Virus record (IMG/VR): IMGVR_UViG_3300029319_000053
Location: 1 to 57,682 of that record
Reading direction: 5' to 3' (one strand)
Length of the DNA: 57,682 bases
Origin: a virus
Lineage: Duplodnaviria > Caudoviricetes
The stretch's first letter is position 1; each line of letters opens with the position of its first letter. Below the pieces are notes generated by a model. It searched no databases. It worked only from the letters and a program-made list of their open reading frames with translations, and was not told the origin of the DNA. This document shows, one piece after another, positions 1 through 6,904 of the stretch. A program made the translations under genes and the position numbers.

Positions 1-143
1 ACTAGCCAACCATTGGCGTATGCCGAAGGATAGACCTTAAACTTCCGTTTAGCTTCAGCTTTTACCCTTGCATATAACGCTGGGTTAGTAGGCGTAGCTC
101 CGCTCTTTTTCTTTTTAGTAGTTTTTCTTTTTCTTACTACCAT
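1..143 (-). CDS. Small basic phage protein, truncated at the window start (MVVRKRKTTKKKKSGATPTNPALYARVKAEAKRKFKVYPSAYANGWL...)
   Basis: Translated by hand, not in the ORF track; AGGAGGT RBS before ATG at 143; ALYARVKAEAKRKFKVYPSAYA is a motif I recognise from small marine-phage proteins near terminases. Confidence 0.75.
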   Translation of the reverse strand, partial: MVVRKRKTTKKKKSGATPTNPALYARVKAEAKRKFKVYPSAYANGWL

Positions 144-246
144 TATTACCTCCTGTTTTTGGTATAAATTTATATTTATTCATTTTCTTTGCAAATTTTT
201 TCATATTGCTAGGGTGGGGGGCATTAATACCGTGGGCGCCTTTCAT
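115..246 (-). CDS. 43-aa Lys-rich peptide (MKGAHGINAPHPSNMKKFAKKMNKYKFIPKTGGNNGSKKKKNY)
   Basis: Translated by hand; ATGA overlap with the stop of 243..530; fills the operon gap. Confidence 0.6.
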   Translation of the reverse strand: MKGAHGINAPHPSNMKKFAKKMNKYKFIPKTGGNNGSKKKKNY

Positions 247-530
247 TTGATATCCTCTTCCTCTTCCTCTTCCTCTTCTTCGCCTTGAAGCTCGTTAGTT
301 TGATCATCAACTTCTTCTACAACATTATCAACAACATCACCTGTTGACTCTGTTACAGTATCAATAACTCCGCTAACATCTTCTAAAGCTGAAGTAGTTA
401 TAGCGCCTGCTGTTTTAACAGTTGAATCTATAACACTTGTTGTTAAATCTTTACCACCATCTATAACAGCACCTACCGTAGCACATGATGTTATGAAAAC
501 TGATACCAATACGATCATAATATGTTTCAT
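243..530 (-). CDS. Small lipoprotein with acidic poly-Glu tail (entericidin-like N-terminus)
   Basis: Signal peptide with lipobox ITSC, followed by ATVGAVIDGGKDL; AAGGAG RBS. Confidence 0.7.
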   Translation of the reverse strand: MKHIMIVLVSVFITSCATVGAVIDGGKDLTTSVIDSTVKTAGAITTSALEDVSGVIDTVTESTGDVVDNVVEEVDDQTNELQGEEEEEEEEEDIK

Positions 531-553
531 AGTTTACTCCTTTTAAAAATATA

Positions 554-634
554 TTATTTTTTCTTTTTGCCCATCTTTTTCTTTTTAGATTTTTTACCGG
601 ACATCTTTTTTGGGGGTTGATTTATACAATGCAT
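554..634 (-). CDS. 26-aa Lys-rich peptide (MHCINQPPKKMSGKKSKKKKMGKKKK)
   Basis: Translated by hand; starts 2 nt after the upstream stop, with GGAG upstream. Confidence 0.5.
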   Translation of the reverse strand: MHCINQPPKKMSGKKSKKKKMGKKKK

Positions 635-636
635 TT

Positions 637-897
637 TTACGCTCCGCCGTAGTTTTTCTTAGTTTTTTTCTTTATGTCTTCAGAGGTCATACCATAAATA
701 CTTGGTTTCTTTTTCTTCTTCATAGGTTTCATTGTCTGCATTTTCTTTGCGGGTTTTCCAAAACCTGCACCCGCGCCTACAACTGTACCCGCAACTGCAT
801 TAGTATAAGAAGTAGTATTTACCTTTGCTACATTGTTGTCAGGGTTGCCAACCATGTCATTTTTCTTTTGTTTTCTTTTTTTACTATGAGTGCCCAT
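637..897 (-). CDS. Lys-rich hypothetical protein (86 aa)
   Basis: ORF track; AAGGAG RBS; TAATG coupling to the upstream ORF. Confidence 0.7.
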   Translation of the reverse strand: MGTHSKKRKQKKNDMVGNPDNNVAKVNTTSYTNAVAGTVVGAGAGFGKPAKKMQTMKPMKKKKKPSIYGMTSEDIKKKTKKNYGGA

Positions 898-1031
898 TAT
901 TTTTTTCTCCTTTTCACGCCTCTACCTTTTAAGATATCAGCAAACGTTACTTTTCCATCTCCAGTTAAATCTGGAAACTTACCTTTCATTTTTTTAACTT
1001 TACGTTTTTTCTTTCTGGCCCTGGCAGCCAT
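897..1031 (-). CDS. 44-aa basic peptide with EF-hand/dockerin-like loop (MAARARKKKRKVKKMKGKFPDLTGDGKVTFADILKGRGVKRRKK)
   Basis: Translated by hand; FPDLTGDGKVTxADILKGRGV is a recurrent motif in marine phage small proteins. Confidence 0.75.
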   Translation of the reverse strand: MAARARKKKRKVKKMKGKFPDLTGDGKVTFADILKGRGVKRRKK

Positions 1032-1041
1032 ATCATATTTA

Positions 1042-1560
1042 CTAGTCATTACCTTCTCCTTTTGGTTCTAAGTATTGTGTATCTACCCCAGCTAACTTTA
1101 ACAGCTCGGAATCTGGTAGCCTTTCTAATTTTTCTAATTTGTCTACGTTTATGTTAACTTGAGTTGCTTGCTCGGGGGCAAATAGACCGTGGAGCTTGCA
1201 TAAAGAATCTACGACATTTTTTTCTTCAGTCGCGGTTGCCGATTTACGGTGCGCTTCGAAGTACATCTGAGTCGCGGTTGTACGATCAAATTTTACTTCT
1301 TCTCGCATCTCTTCTCTTAGATACTCAACAGCTTGTTGCACCTTTGGTTTTTTAAAAACTTCGTACACTGAATCCTGGTTCTTGTACCCCGCTGCACGAC
1401 CCGCGGCCGCCTTACTCATGCCACGTAAAAAATATAAAATTAATCTTTCTTCTTGGACCGAAAGCTCGGACAACTTTACTCCGGCGTAGGGAAAATGAGA
1501 CTGAAGTTCAATTCTGTCTTCGTCGGTTACTTCAACTGCTTGAGAAGTTAGTAAGCTCAT
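1042..1560 (-). CDS. terS: Terminase small subunit (likely start ATG 1560, not 1644)
   Basis: HTH-like segment YFLRGMSKAAAGRAAGY...KPKVQQAVEYLR and C-terminal LCKLHGLF...VNINV typical of TerS; upstream of terL on the circular map. Confidence 0.75.
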   Translation of the reverse strand: MSLLTSQAVEVTDEDRIELQSHFPYAGVKLSELSVQEERLILYFLRGMSKAAAGRAAGYKNQDSVYEVFKKPKVQQAVEYLREEMREEVKFDRTTATQMYFEAHRKSATATEEKNVVDSLCKLHGLFAPEQATQVNINVDKLEKLERLPDSELLKLAGVDTQYLEPKGEGND

Positions 1561-1566
1561 GTGCTC

Positions 1567-1596
1567 AAAATAACACATTGGGGTGTATCTTGTAAA
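1567..1596 (-). promoter_or_regulatory. Putative sigma70 promoter for terS (TTTACA-N18-TATTTT, extended TG)
   Basis: Read on the minus strand; A/T tracts upstream; -10 ends 6 nt before ATG 1560. Confidence 0.4.
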
Positions 1597-1750
1597 TTTT
1601 TTGTTGAAAAATTTTTTTTGAAAAATATTAAATATATCGCTCATACATCTTCTCCTCTATCATCACAGACCCGACCCCGGACCCGATTCGCTTTACGTTT
1701 ACACTTTGTCGTTTCAGTCATTGGAACCTTGTATCAGTTTTTTCGCCGTC

Positions 1751-1764
1751 AGTCGCTACGCTTT
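1751..1764 (+). promoter_or_regulatory. Repeated early-region motif AGTCGCTACGCTTT, copy 1
   Basis: Identical copy at 3508-3521 and variant at 2806-2818; each is intergenic and upstream of a + strand gene group. Confidence 0.6.
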
Positions 1765-1900
1765 ATGACGTTGTTGGTTGGTTGGTGTATTTGTTAGTGT
1801 CAGACTCATAGTACATTACTACAGTAATACTTAATCAAACTAATTCAGGAGCGGGCACTAGCAACTACTTCTATTAACTTATATTCAAAAGGAGTAAATC

Positions 1901-2086
1901 ATGAGTATATCTAAAACTATTGGTAAGTACAGTTACCATGTTCACAAAGCTATCAAGACTATCAAAGTCCCTAATGTAAAGAAAGCTGTTAGCTCTACCA
2001 AGGAGCAACTCGTAGCTGGATACACAGAGGCAATGGTTCAAGATACGCCTAAACAAATGACCTTCAACTTCGGAGGTGACAAATGA
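1901..2086 (+). CDS. Hypothetical early protein (61 aa)
   Basis: AAGGAG RBS; first gene of the + arm. Confidence 0.7.
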   Translation: MSISKTIGKYSYHVHKAIKTIKVPNVKKAVSSTKEQLVAGYTEAMVQDTPKQMTFNFGGDK

Positions 2087-2229
2087 TATTGAATATATTC
2101 TTATCAGTATTAACTGTTTGGGTTGCATTGTTAATCCTTGTACAAACTATCATCGTAGGTAGTTTCATATACTTTGTTGTAACAGGAAAAAGTTACAATT
2201 GGGAACCAGAGGTTAGCACACATGAGTAA
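2083..2229 (+). CDS. 48-aa membrane peptide (MILNIFLSVLTVWVALLILVQTIIVGSFIYFVVTGKSYNWEPEVSTHE)
   Basis: Translated by hand; GGAGG RBS; ATGA overlap; long hydrophobic stretch. Confidence 0.65.
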   Translation: MILNIFLSVLTVWVALLILVQTIIVGSFIYFVVTGKSYNWEPEVSTHE

Positions 2230-2410
2230 TTACATAGCTAACGCGTTAACACTGACGATATTCACAGTATCGTTGGTGTTAACAACTCTCCTAACCATGG
2301 ACATTATCAACTACACCGGACAACAATCCTTGTTCGAGTTATTTCTATGGTTCTTCTTCGGCCTCGTAACATTCATTTACGGCAAGGTCATCATCCTACT
2401 AAATACATAA
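2222..2410 (+). CDS. Small two-TM membrane protein
   Basis: GAGG RBS; two hydrophobic segments. Confidence 0.7.
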   Translation: MSNYIANALTLTIFTVSLVLTTLLTMDIINYTGQQSLFELFLWFFFGLVTFIYGKVIILLNT

Positions 2411-2415
2411 TCACC

Positions 2416-2450
2416 TAGAGGGGGCTAACCACCCCCTACTATCATCTATT
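2416..2450 (+). terminator. Possible terminator hairpin (GGGGG/CCCCC stem)
   Basis: TAGAGGGGGCTAACCACCCCCTACTA just after the 2410 stop; weak U tail. Confidence 0.4.
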
Positions 2451-2507
2451 TACTACTATCATCAGTGCCTGCGAGCGTGTGCGAGCAGGTGCATTGTGCG
2501 TGCATGA

Positions 2508-2792
2508 TTGGTTCCGCGTGTTCCACGGACATGTGCCGATGTGGAACCACTTCGTGGAACCAAGAAAAACATTGCAACAATGCAGGCTTGCTCGATGAAG
2601 AGGTGCTCGCGGTTCCATGGTTCCGCGAAAAACAAAACTGGATTTTGTAGCGGACCGTGGACCGTGGTTATTTAATCATTGTTAGTAAACCTAAAAGTAA
2701 TGGAACCAGTGGAACCATAACCTATAACCAGCATTCTTATGCTGTTATTTGTGTTCCATGAGTCGTGGAACCAAGTGGAACCAGTGGAACCA
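2508..2792. repeat. Cluster of TGGAACC/GGTTCC short repeats in both orientations
   Basis: GGAACC at 2543, 2556, 2702, 2711, 2767, 2777, 2786; GGTTCC at 2510, 2611, 2619; GTTCC variants at 2520 and 2753; AT-rich stretch at about 2668-2700. Confidence 0.85.
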
Positions 2793-2805
2793 AAAATCAT
2801 ACGCC

Positions 2806-2818
2806 AGTCGCTCCGCTT
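2806..2818 (+). promoter_or_regulatory. Repeated early-region motif, copy 2 (AGTCGCTCCGCTT)
   Basis: One mismatch to copies 1 and 3; the downstream TGGTGTAT..GT.AGT is shared with copy 1. Confidence 0.55.
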
Positions 2819-2896
2819 GGTGGCGTTTCTGGTGTATGTGTGAGTTTGATACGGGCGTATCGAACCACTAACCTTTATTATAATAAGGAGTAAATT

Positions 2897-3127
2897 ATGT
2901 ATTCATTATACATTTTAATACCCGGCAAAGACGGGAAAAACAGAAGCCGAGAAATCGGCACAGCAACTACTAACAAAGACGGCAGTCTAACATGTTGGTA
3001 TGACGTTGCTATACCAACTGATGGACAAGGTAAGTTTGTACCAGTGTTCATGAGAGAGATTGTGATGAAAGAGACTTCAGCACAATCAACAGCCAGCAAT
3101 GGCGTTCAACAAGAGTTACAGGCGTAA
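2897..3127 (+). CDS. Small protein resembling DUF736-like ssDNA-binding proteins
   Basis: TAAGGAG RBS; REIGTATTNKDGSL...DVAIP pattern; family assignment tentative. Confidence 0.6.
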   Translation: MYSLYILIPGKDGKNRSREIGTATTNKDGSLTCWYDVAIPTDGQGKFVPVFMREIVMKETSAQSTASNGVQQELQA

Positions 3128-3345
3128 CTCTTTGTAGCTACCATGTGAGCTACAAACAAAGAAGGCACATGGGGGTTGTTACCGAAAGCACACGCTCGGA
3201 TGAAAAGCCGAGCACAGCTCGGTGAAGTCGTAGAGCACAAAATAGAGTCGATTGGCGTCCTTCCGCTGAAGTTAGTAAAACCTTCACAGATAACTAACAA
3301 CAGTAAATTGCTACTAAGGGAACACTTGCAAGTGTTCCCTTTTTT
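3128..3345 (+). ncRNA. Candidate structured RNA with H-type pseudoknot and multibranch domain
   Basis: Stem 3131-3139/3148-3156, loop CCATGTG complementary to CACATGG at 3166-3172; stems 3175-3181/3295-3301, 3194-3199/3208-3213, 3267-3271/3282-3286; ends at a terminator. Confidence 0.6.
3316..3345 (+). terminator. Intrinsic terminator
   Basis: Perfect 26-bp palindrome AAGGGAACACTTGCAAGTGTTCCCTT followed by a T run. Confidence 0.85.
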
Positions 3346-3507
3346 ACATCATCTTGGCATTACTCGTGCCGTACATCCTTTGCATATCGCGCCCACAAAT
3401 TTGCTTGCGCAATCAGTCGCGGAACGGTTCCCGTTCTCGCTCCTTATTTGTAGCCCTCATGCAAAAATGTCCGGACAACAGCCAGCAACAGCGTATGTGC
3501 GTGCGCG

Positions 3508-3521
3508 AGTCGCTACGCTTT
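3508..3521 (+). promoter_or_regulatory. Repeated early-region motif, copy 3 (AGTCGCTACGCTTT)
   Basis: Identical to 1751-1764; about 45 nt upstream of ATG 3566. Confidence 0.6.
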
Positions 3522-3565
3522 GTCGCGTTGCGAGTAGTTTTGTGTAAATACATAAGGAGGTAAAT

Positions 3566-3724
3566 ATGTGTATTGAAGAAGTGAGTATCCCTACTGAAGT
3601 GCTCAAACAAGCCGAAGCAAGCGAAAAACAATCGCAAGTTGAATATGTAAGTTCTGGTGAGTTTCTTAAGAAGTTCATCAGAAGAATTGAACTAAAGCCG
3701 CAAGGAGGTAACTATGGCAAATAA
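3566..3724 (+). CDS. 52-aa hypothetical protein (MCIEEVSIPTEVLKQAEASEKQ...)
   Basis: Translated by hand; perfect TAAGGAGGT RBS; overlaps the start of the next gene. Confidence 0.7.
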   Translation: MCIEEVSIPTEVLKQAEASEKQSQVEYVSSGEFLKKFIRRIELKPQGGNYGK

Positions 3725-4475
3725 TGTAGATCATTTTGACCCAGCTGATCAAGAGATTGGACCAGAATTGGTAAACGAACTTGAAACAGATGAGTCAATG
3801 TACACCCCGGACACCAATGGTGATCCAGAGGGTTCAGAAGCACGAGACAAGCAGGACGCAGTCCACTTGCCGGACTTCTATTACAGAAAATACGCTCTTG
3901 ACCACGACAGTCAACCTGTCTTCCAACAGTCAAGAGTTGACGGAATCATGGATGTATTCAAATCTAAAAAGAATACGCCTATGGTTTTCAACGCAAAGGA
4001 CGATGAACAAAGAGAAAAGGAAGAGAATTACTACCTTCAACAAGTTCAAACAATTGCAGACGGTCTCTTGCCTTTGCTCGAGACTGACCCGCAATCTACT
4101 GGTATCAACTTTTTACAGTTGACTACTAGGACTTGGGCTGAGTTTGCATCTATTGCATACGAGTACAAAGAAGAAACTGAACTAGCTAATCCGAACGATG
4201 ATTTACCTACATGGTTGATCGAGCGTGAGGACAAGATGTTTGGTCTTGGTCGTAAAGCAAGAATGCTTTCAGCCGTTGTTGGACTGATTGGACAAGACTT
4301 CGGTCTTCAAGATCTAGGCCTCAAAGACGCTCGTGTACAAAACGAGATCGAGAGACGCCAACAAAGATTGGCTGAGTGGAACTTCAAACAACATGCAGAC
4401 TCGTCTGTACGTGTGTCCACTGAGCTAAACAATGCAACCAAAGAACACACTAGAAATGTATTCGAGGCTGCGTAA
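3714..4475 (+). CDS. Acidic hypothetical early protein (253 aa)
   Basis: AAGGAGGT RBS; long ORF; no motif recognised. Confidence 0.85.
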   Translation: MANNVDHFDPADQEIGPELVNELETDESMYTPDTNGDPEGSEARDKQDAVHLPDFYYRKYALDHDSQPVFQQSRVDGIMDVFKSKKNTPMVFNAKDDEQREKEENYYLQQVQTIADGLLPLLETDPQSTGINFLQLTTRTWAEFASIAYEYKEETELANPNDDLPTWLIEREDKMFGLGRKARMLSAVVGLIGQDFGLQDLGLKDARVQNEIERRQQRLAEWNFKQHADSSVRVSTELNNATKEHTRNVFEAA

Positions 4476-4484
4476 CATAAACCC

Positions 4485-4506
4485 GGGGACTTCGGTCCCC
4501 ACTTTG
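4485..4506 (+). terminator. UUCG-tetraloop hairpin, probable terminator
   Basis: GGGGAC-TTCG-GTCCCC directly after the 4475 stop, then ACTTT. Confidence 0.7.
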
Positions 4507-4580
4507 TAAGGCAGTTGTGGTGGCGCAACGTGTGTCCAGGTTCTGTGGGGTAAGTTACGTTTTTGTAAGGCAGTTGTGGT
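4503..4580. repeat. 19-bp direct repeat TTTGTAAGGCAGTTGTGGT x2 with 40-nt spacer
   Basis: Exact copies at 4503-4521 and 4562-4580. Confidence 0.9.
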
Positions 4581-4704
4581 TAGAATGGCTGCGCATGTTG
4601 CCGTGACGTGTCGTCCGTTAAGGTACGGCTGTTTAGGTTCGTAACGGCGTCGCACTGTGAGGTTTGTTACGGCAAGTATAATATATTAATCCGTGGAGGT
4701 AATT

Positions 4705-5124
4705 ATGGGATTAGATCAATATGGTGGTTGGCTCGAGCCAAAAAAAGAGTCTAAAGATAATGTTGTTGACCTTTTTGAAGAAAAAGACAACAGCAATCAA
4801 TGTTTCGACTGGCGTAAACATGCTAGGCTACAAGAATTTATGCGTAACTTATATTATTCAAAGCAGGATAAGCTACCTGATCTTGGTGTAATGGGTTGCG
4901 AGTTTAATTGCACAAAAGTATTTCTTAATAAAGAAGATGTGCTTAATTTACAAGAAGCAATACAAAACGACAACTTGCCTTTTTGTTCTGACGGTTTCTT
5001 TTGGGGACAACAGTTCCAAGAAGAATCTATGAAAGAGTACAAAGAACAAGACTTACAGTTTTGTGAAGAAGCACTTAAATGGCTCGAAGAAGGCAAACAA
5101 GTGTACTACGAGTGTTGGTATTAA
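4705..5124 (+). CDS. Conserved phage hypothetical protein (MGLDQY...WRKH...YYECWY family)
   Basis: GGAGGT RBS before ATG 4705; TATAAT at 4677-4682; widespread GLD/WRK/YxxW pattern. Confidence 0.85.
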   Translation: MGLDQYGGWLEPKKESKDNVVDLFEEKDNSNQCFDWRKHARLQEFMRNLYYSKQDKLPDLGVMGCEFNCTKVFLNKEDVLNLQEAIQNDNLPFCSDGFFWGQQFQEESMKEYKEQDLQFCEEALKWLEEGKQVYYECWY

Positions 5125-5139
5125 AATATAGGAGGTTAT

Positions 5140-6156
5140 ATGCATTCAATCAATCCAATCAAACTAAAAGACGAACTCAAGGACTGCATCAATGCGGGCT
5201 ACCCAGCAATGATCTGGGGTGGTCCGGGTATTGGTAAGTCTGAGATACCCGAACAGGTTGCACAAGAGCTAGGAGTCCCACTCATTGATTTTCGTGCTAA
5301 CCTGTTCGATCCTGTTGATGTACGTGGCGTGCCCTACATCAAACAGCTAAAAGAAACTGGTAAAAGGTTTACATCTTGGGCTGTACCTGATGTCTTTCCA
5401 ATCGAGCAACGAGATGGCCCACGCGGCATCTTGTTTATCGACGAGTTGCCAACTGCACCGCCAGCAACACAAAACGCATTCTTGCAGTTGTTGCTGACTA
5501 AACAAATCGGTGAGTACAAATTGCCACCAGGATGGCAGATTGTATGTGCGGGCAACAGATTGACTGACGCAGCAGCTGTTTATCAGATGCCAAGTCCAGT
5601 CAGAAACAGGCTTGCACACTACGAACTTGAACCGTCGCTCGATGACTGGGTACAGTGGGCCTATCAAAACAATCTAGATACAGATGTTATCTCGTTCATT
5701 CAATACAGACCTAACTTACTTTCTGCATTCAACGCAGATGAGTATGCATTTCCAACACCACGTGCTTGGTCAATGGTCAGCAAAAAAATGTCGCGAGCCA
5801 ACTCAGATCCTGAACGTCTATTCTTTGGTGTGTCATCTCTAGTTGGCGATGGTCCAGCTGGTGAGTTTGTTGCATTCAAAGAGATTGCATCTAAGCTACC
5901 AGATATTGATCAGTTGATTAAAGACCCATCTACGTACAAAAAAGATGACAATCCAGCTCTATTGTACGCTTTATCTACTGCTGTGGCAGCTAGAGCAGAA
6001 GATAATCTTATGGAGAACATTATGAAGCTAAACAAAAAGATACCTGTTGAGTTTCAAGTTGTCCTAGTTAAAGGTTGTCTTGCCAAAAACAGAGAACTCA
6101 AATCACACAACGATGTGCGTAAGTGGATCGTTGACAATGCTAATGTTGTTTTATAG
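5140..6156 (+). CDS. MoxR-like AAA+ ATPase
   Basis: Walker A GGPGIGKS, Walker B ILFIDE, AGNR sensor, PTPRAW. Confidence 0.92.
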   Translation: MHSINPIKLKDELKDCINAGYPAMIWGGPGIGKSEIPEQVAQELGVPLIDFRANLFDPVDVRGVPYIKQLKETGKRFTSWAVPDVFPIEQRDGPRGILFIDELPTAPPATQNAFLQLLLTKQIGEYKLPPGWQIVCAGNRLTDAAAVYQMPSPVRNRLAHYELEPSLDDWVQWAYQNNLDTDVISFIQYRPNLLSAFNADEYAFPTPRAWSMVSKKMSRANSDPERLFFGVSSLVGDGPAGEFVAFKEIASKLPDIDQLIKDPSTYKKDDNPALLYALSTAVAARAEDNLMENIMKLNKKIPVEFQVVLVKGCLAKNRELKSHNDVRKWIVDNANVVL

Positions 6157-6164
6157 GAGGTTAT

Positions 6165-6815
6165 ATGAAAACAGTTAGATTATCAGAAAGACTCAAAGAA
6201 GATATTCTTGAAGCTGCTGAAAAGAAAATCAAAAATACCACACCAGACAAGGACTATCCTATTGATGGATACAAAGTCCTTGATGAACATGGTGTTATTG
6301 ACAAAGTTAATCGTACTCAACAAACATTTAAAAACATTTGGGGTTATCAAATGAAGGTAGATGAGATTGATCAGGTTGAAATTCAATCTGAAATATCAAC
6401 TATTGATGAAGATGGAGATGAAGATAAACACACAAAAACCTACAGGTTATCTTGTAGTCCTATTGATGTGCCTGCTTTTATGTCTGACTATGGTACTTTC
6501 AAACTCAAAGTGCCACCAACAGATCCTACTTTTGTAGAATGTATTACAGTAGAAAAGTACAACTCTGATTTGAGACGTAAACTTTACGACAGAAAAGCTA
6601 AACTTGAAGAGGTTATGTCACGATTTTCTACCTTAAATCAATTACTTAAGGCTGCTCCGTACATGAAAGACTTGGTCCCACAAGAAAAACTTACAAAAAT
6701 GTATGAAAAAGATGACCGTACAGCTAGACGTCAAGAACTTGCAGAAGTTGCAGAAAACGAACTGCAAGACTTACGTGAAACATTGCTTGAAGATGCATTA
6801 CTTGGAGATGACTAA
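6165..6815 (+). CDS. Nmad5-like protein, paralogue A
   Basis: N-terminal VRLSERLKEDILEAA; C-terminal STLNQLLKAAPYMKDLVP; ends LLGDD like 8810..9658. Confidence 0.6.
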   Translation: MKTVRLSERLKEDILEAAEKKIKNTTPDKDYPIDGYKVLDEHGVIDKVNRTQQTFKNIWGYQMKVDEIDQVEIQSEISTIDEDGDEDKHTKTYRLSCSPIDVPAFMSDYGTFKLKVPPTDPTFVECITVEKYNSDLRRKLYDRKAKLEEVMSRFSTLNQLLKAAPYMKDLVPQEKLTKMYEKDDRTARRQELAEVAENELQDLRETLLEDALLGDD

Positions 6816-6904
6816 TGGTTGGAGAAATACCTATTCTAACAATATGTATTACAGCTTCATTGCTTTTTTACATAATTCTTATTAACACACAAGGGAGAAA
6901 ATGA
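6815..6904 (+). CDS. 29-aa membrane peptide (MVGEIPILTICITASLLFYIILINTQGRK)
   Basis: Translated by hand; TAATG overlap upstream and ATGA overlap downstream. Confidence 0.55.
   Translation: MVGEIPILTICITASLLFYIILINTQGRK

Noticed and set aside
2465-2650. Cys-rich 61-aa ORF
   Set aside because: GTG start without an RBS, lying in the TGGAACC repeat region; the Cys/Trp content follows from the repeats.
3176-3678. ORFs 3176..3547, 3354..3563, 3413..3637 and 3457..3678
   Set aside because: No RBS, atypical composition, and they cross a strong terminator or the regulatory motif. The non-coding reading and the RBS-led ORF at 3566 fit better.
4503-4680. CRISPR array (with the Cas4-like nuclease as cas gene)
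   Set aside because: Only two exact 19-bp repeats, non-palindromic and too short. No cas operon is present, and the Cas4-like gene sits in an ordinary replication module 11 kb away.
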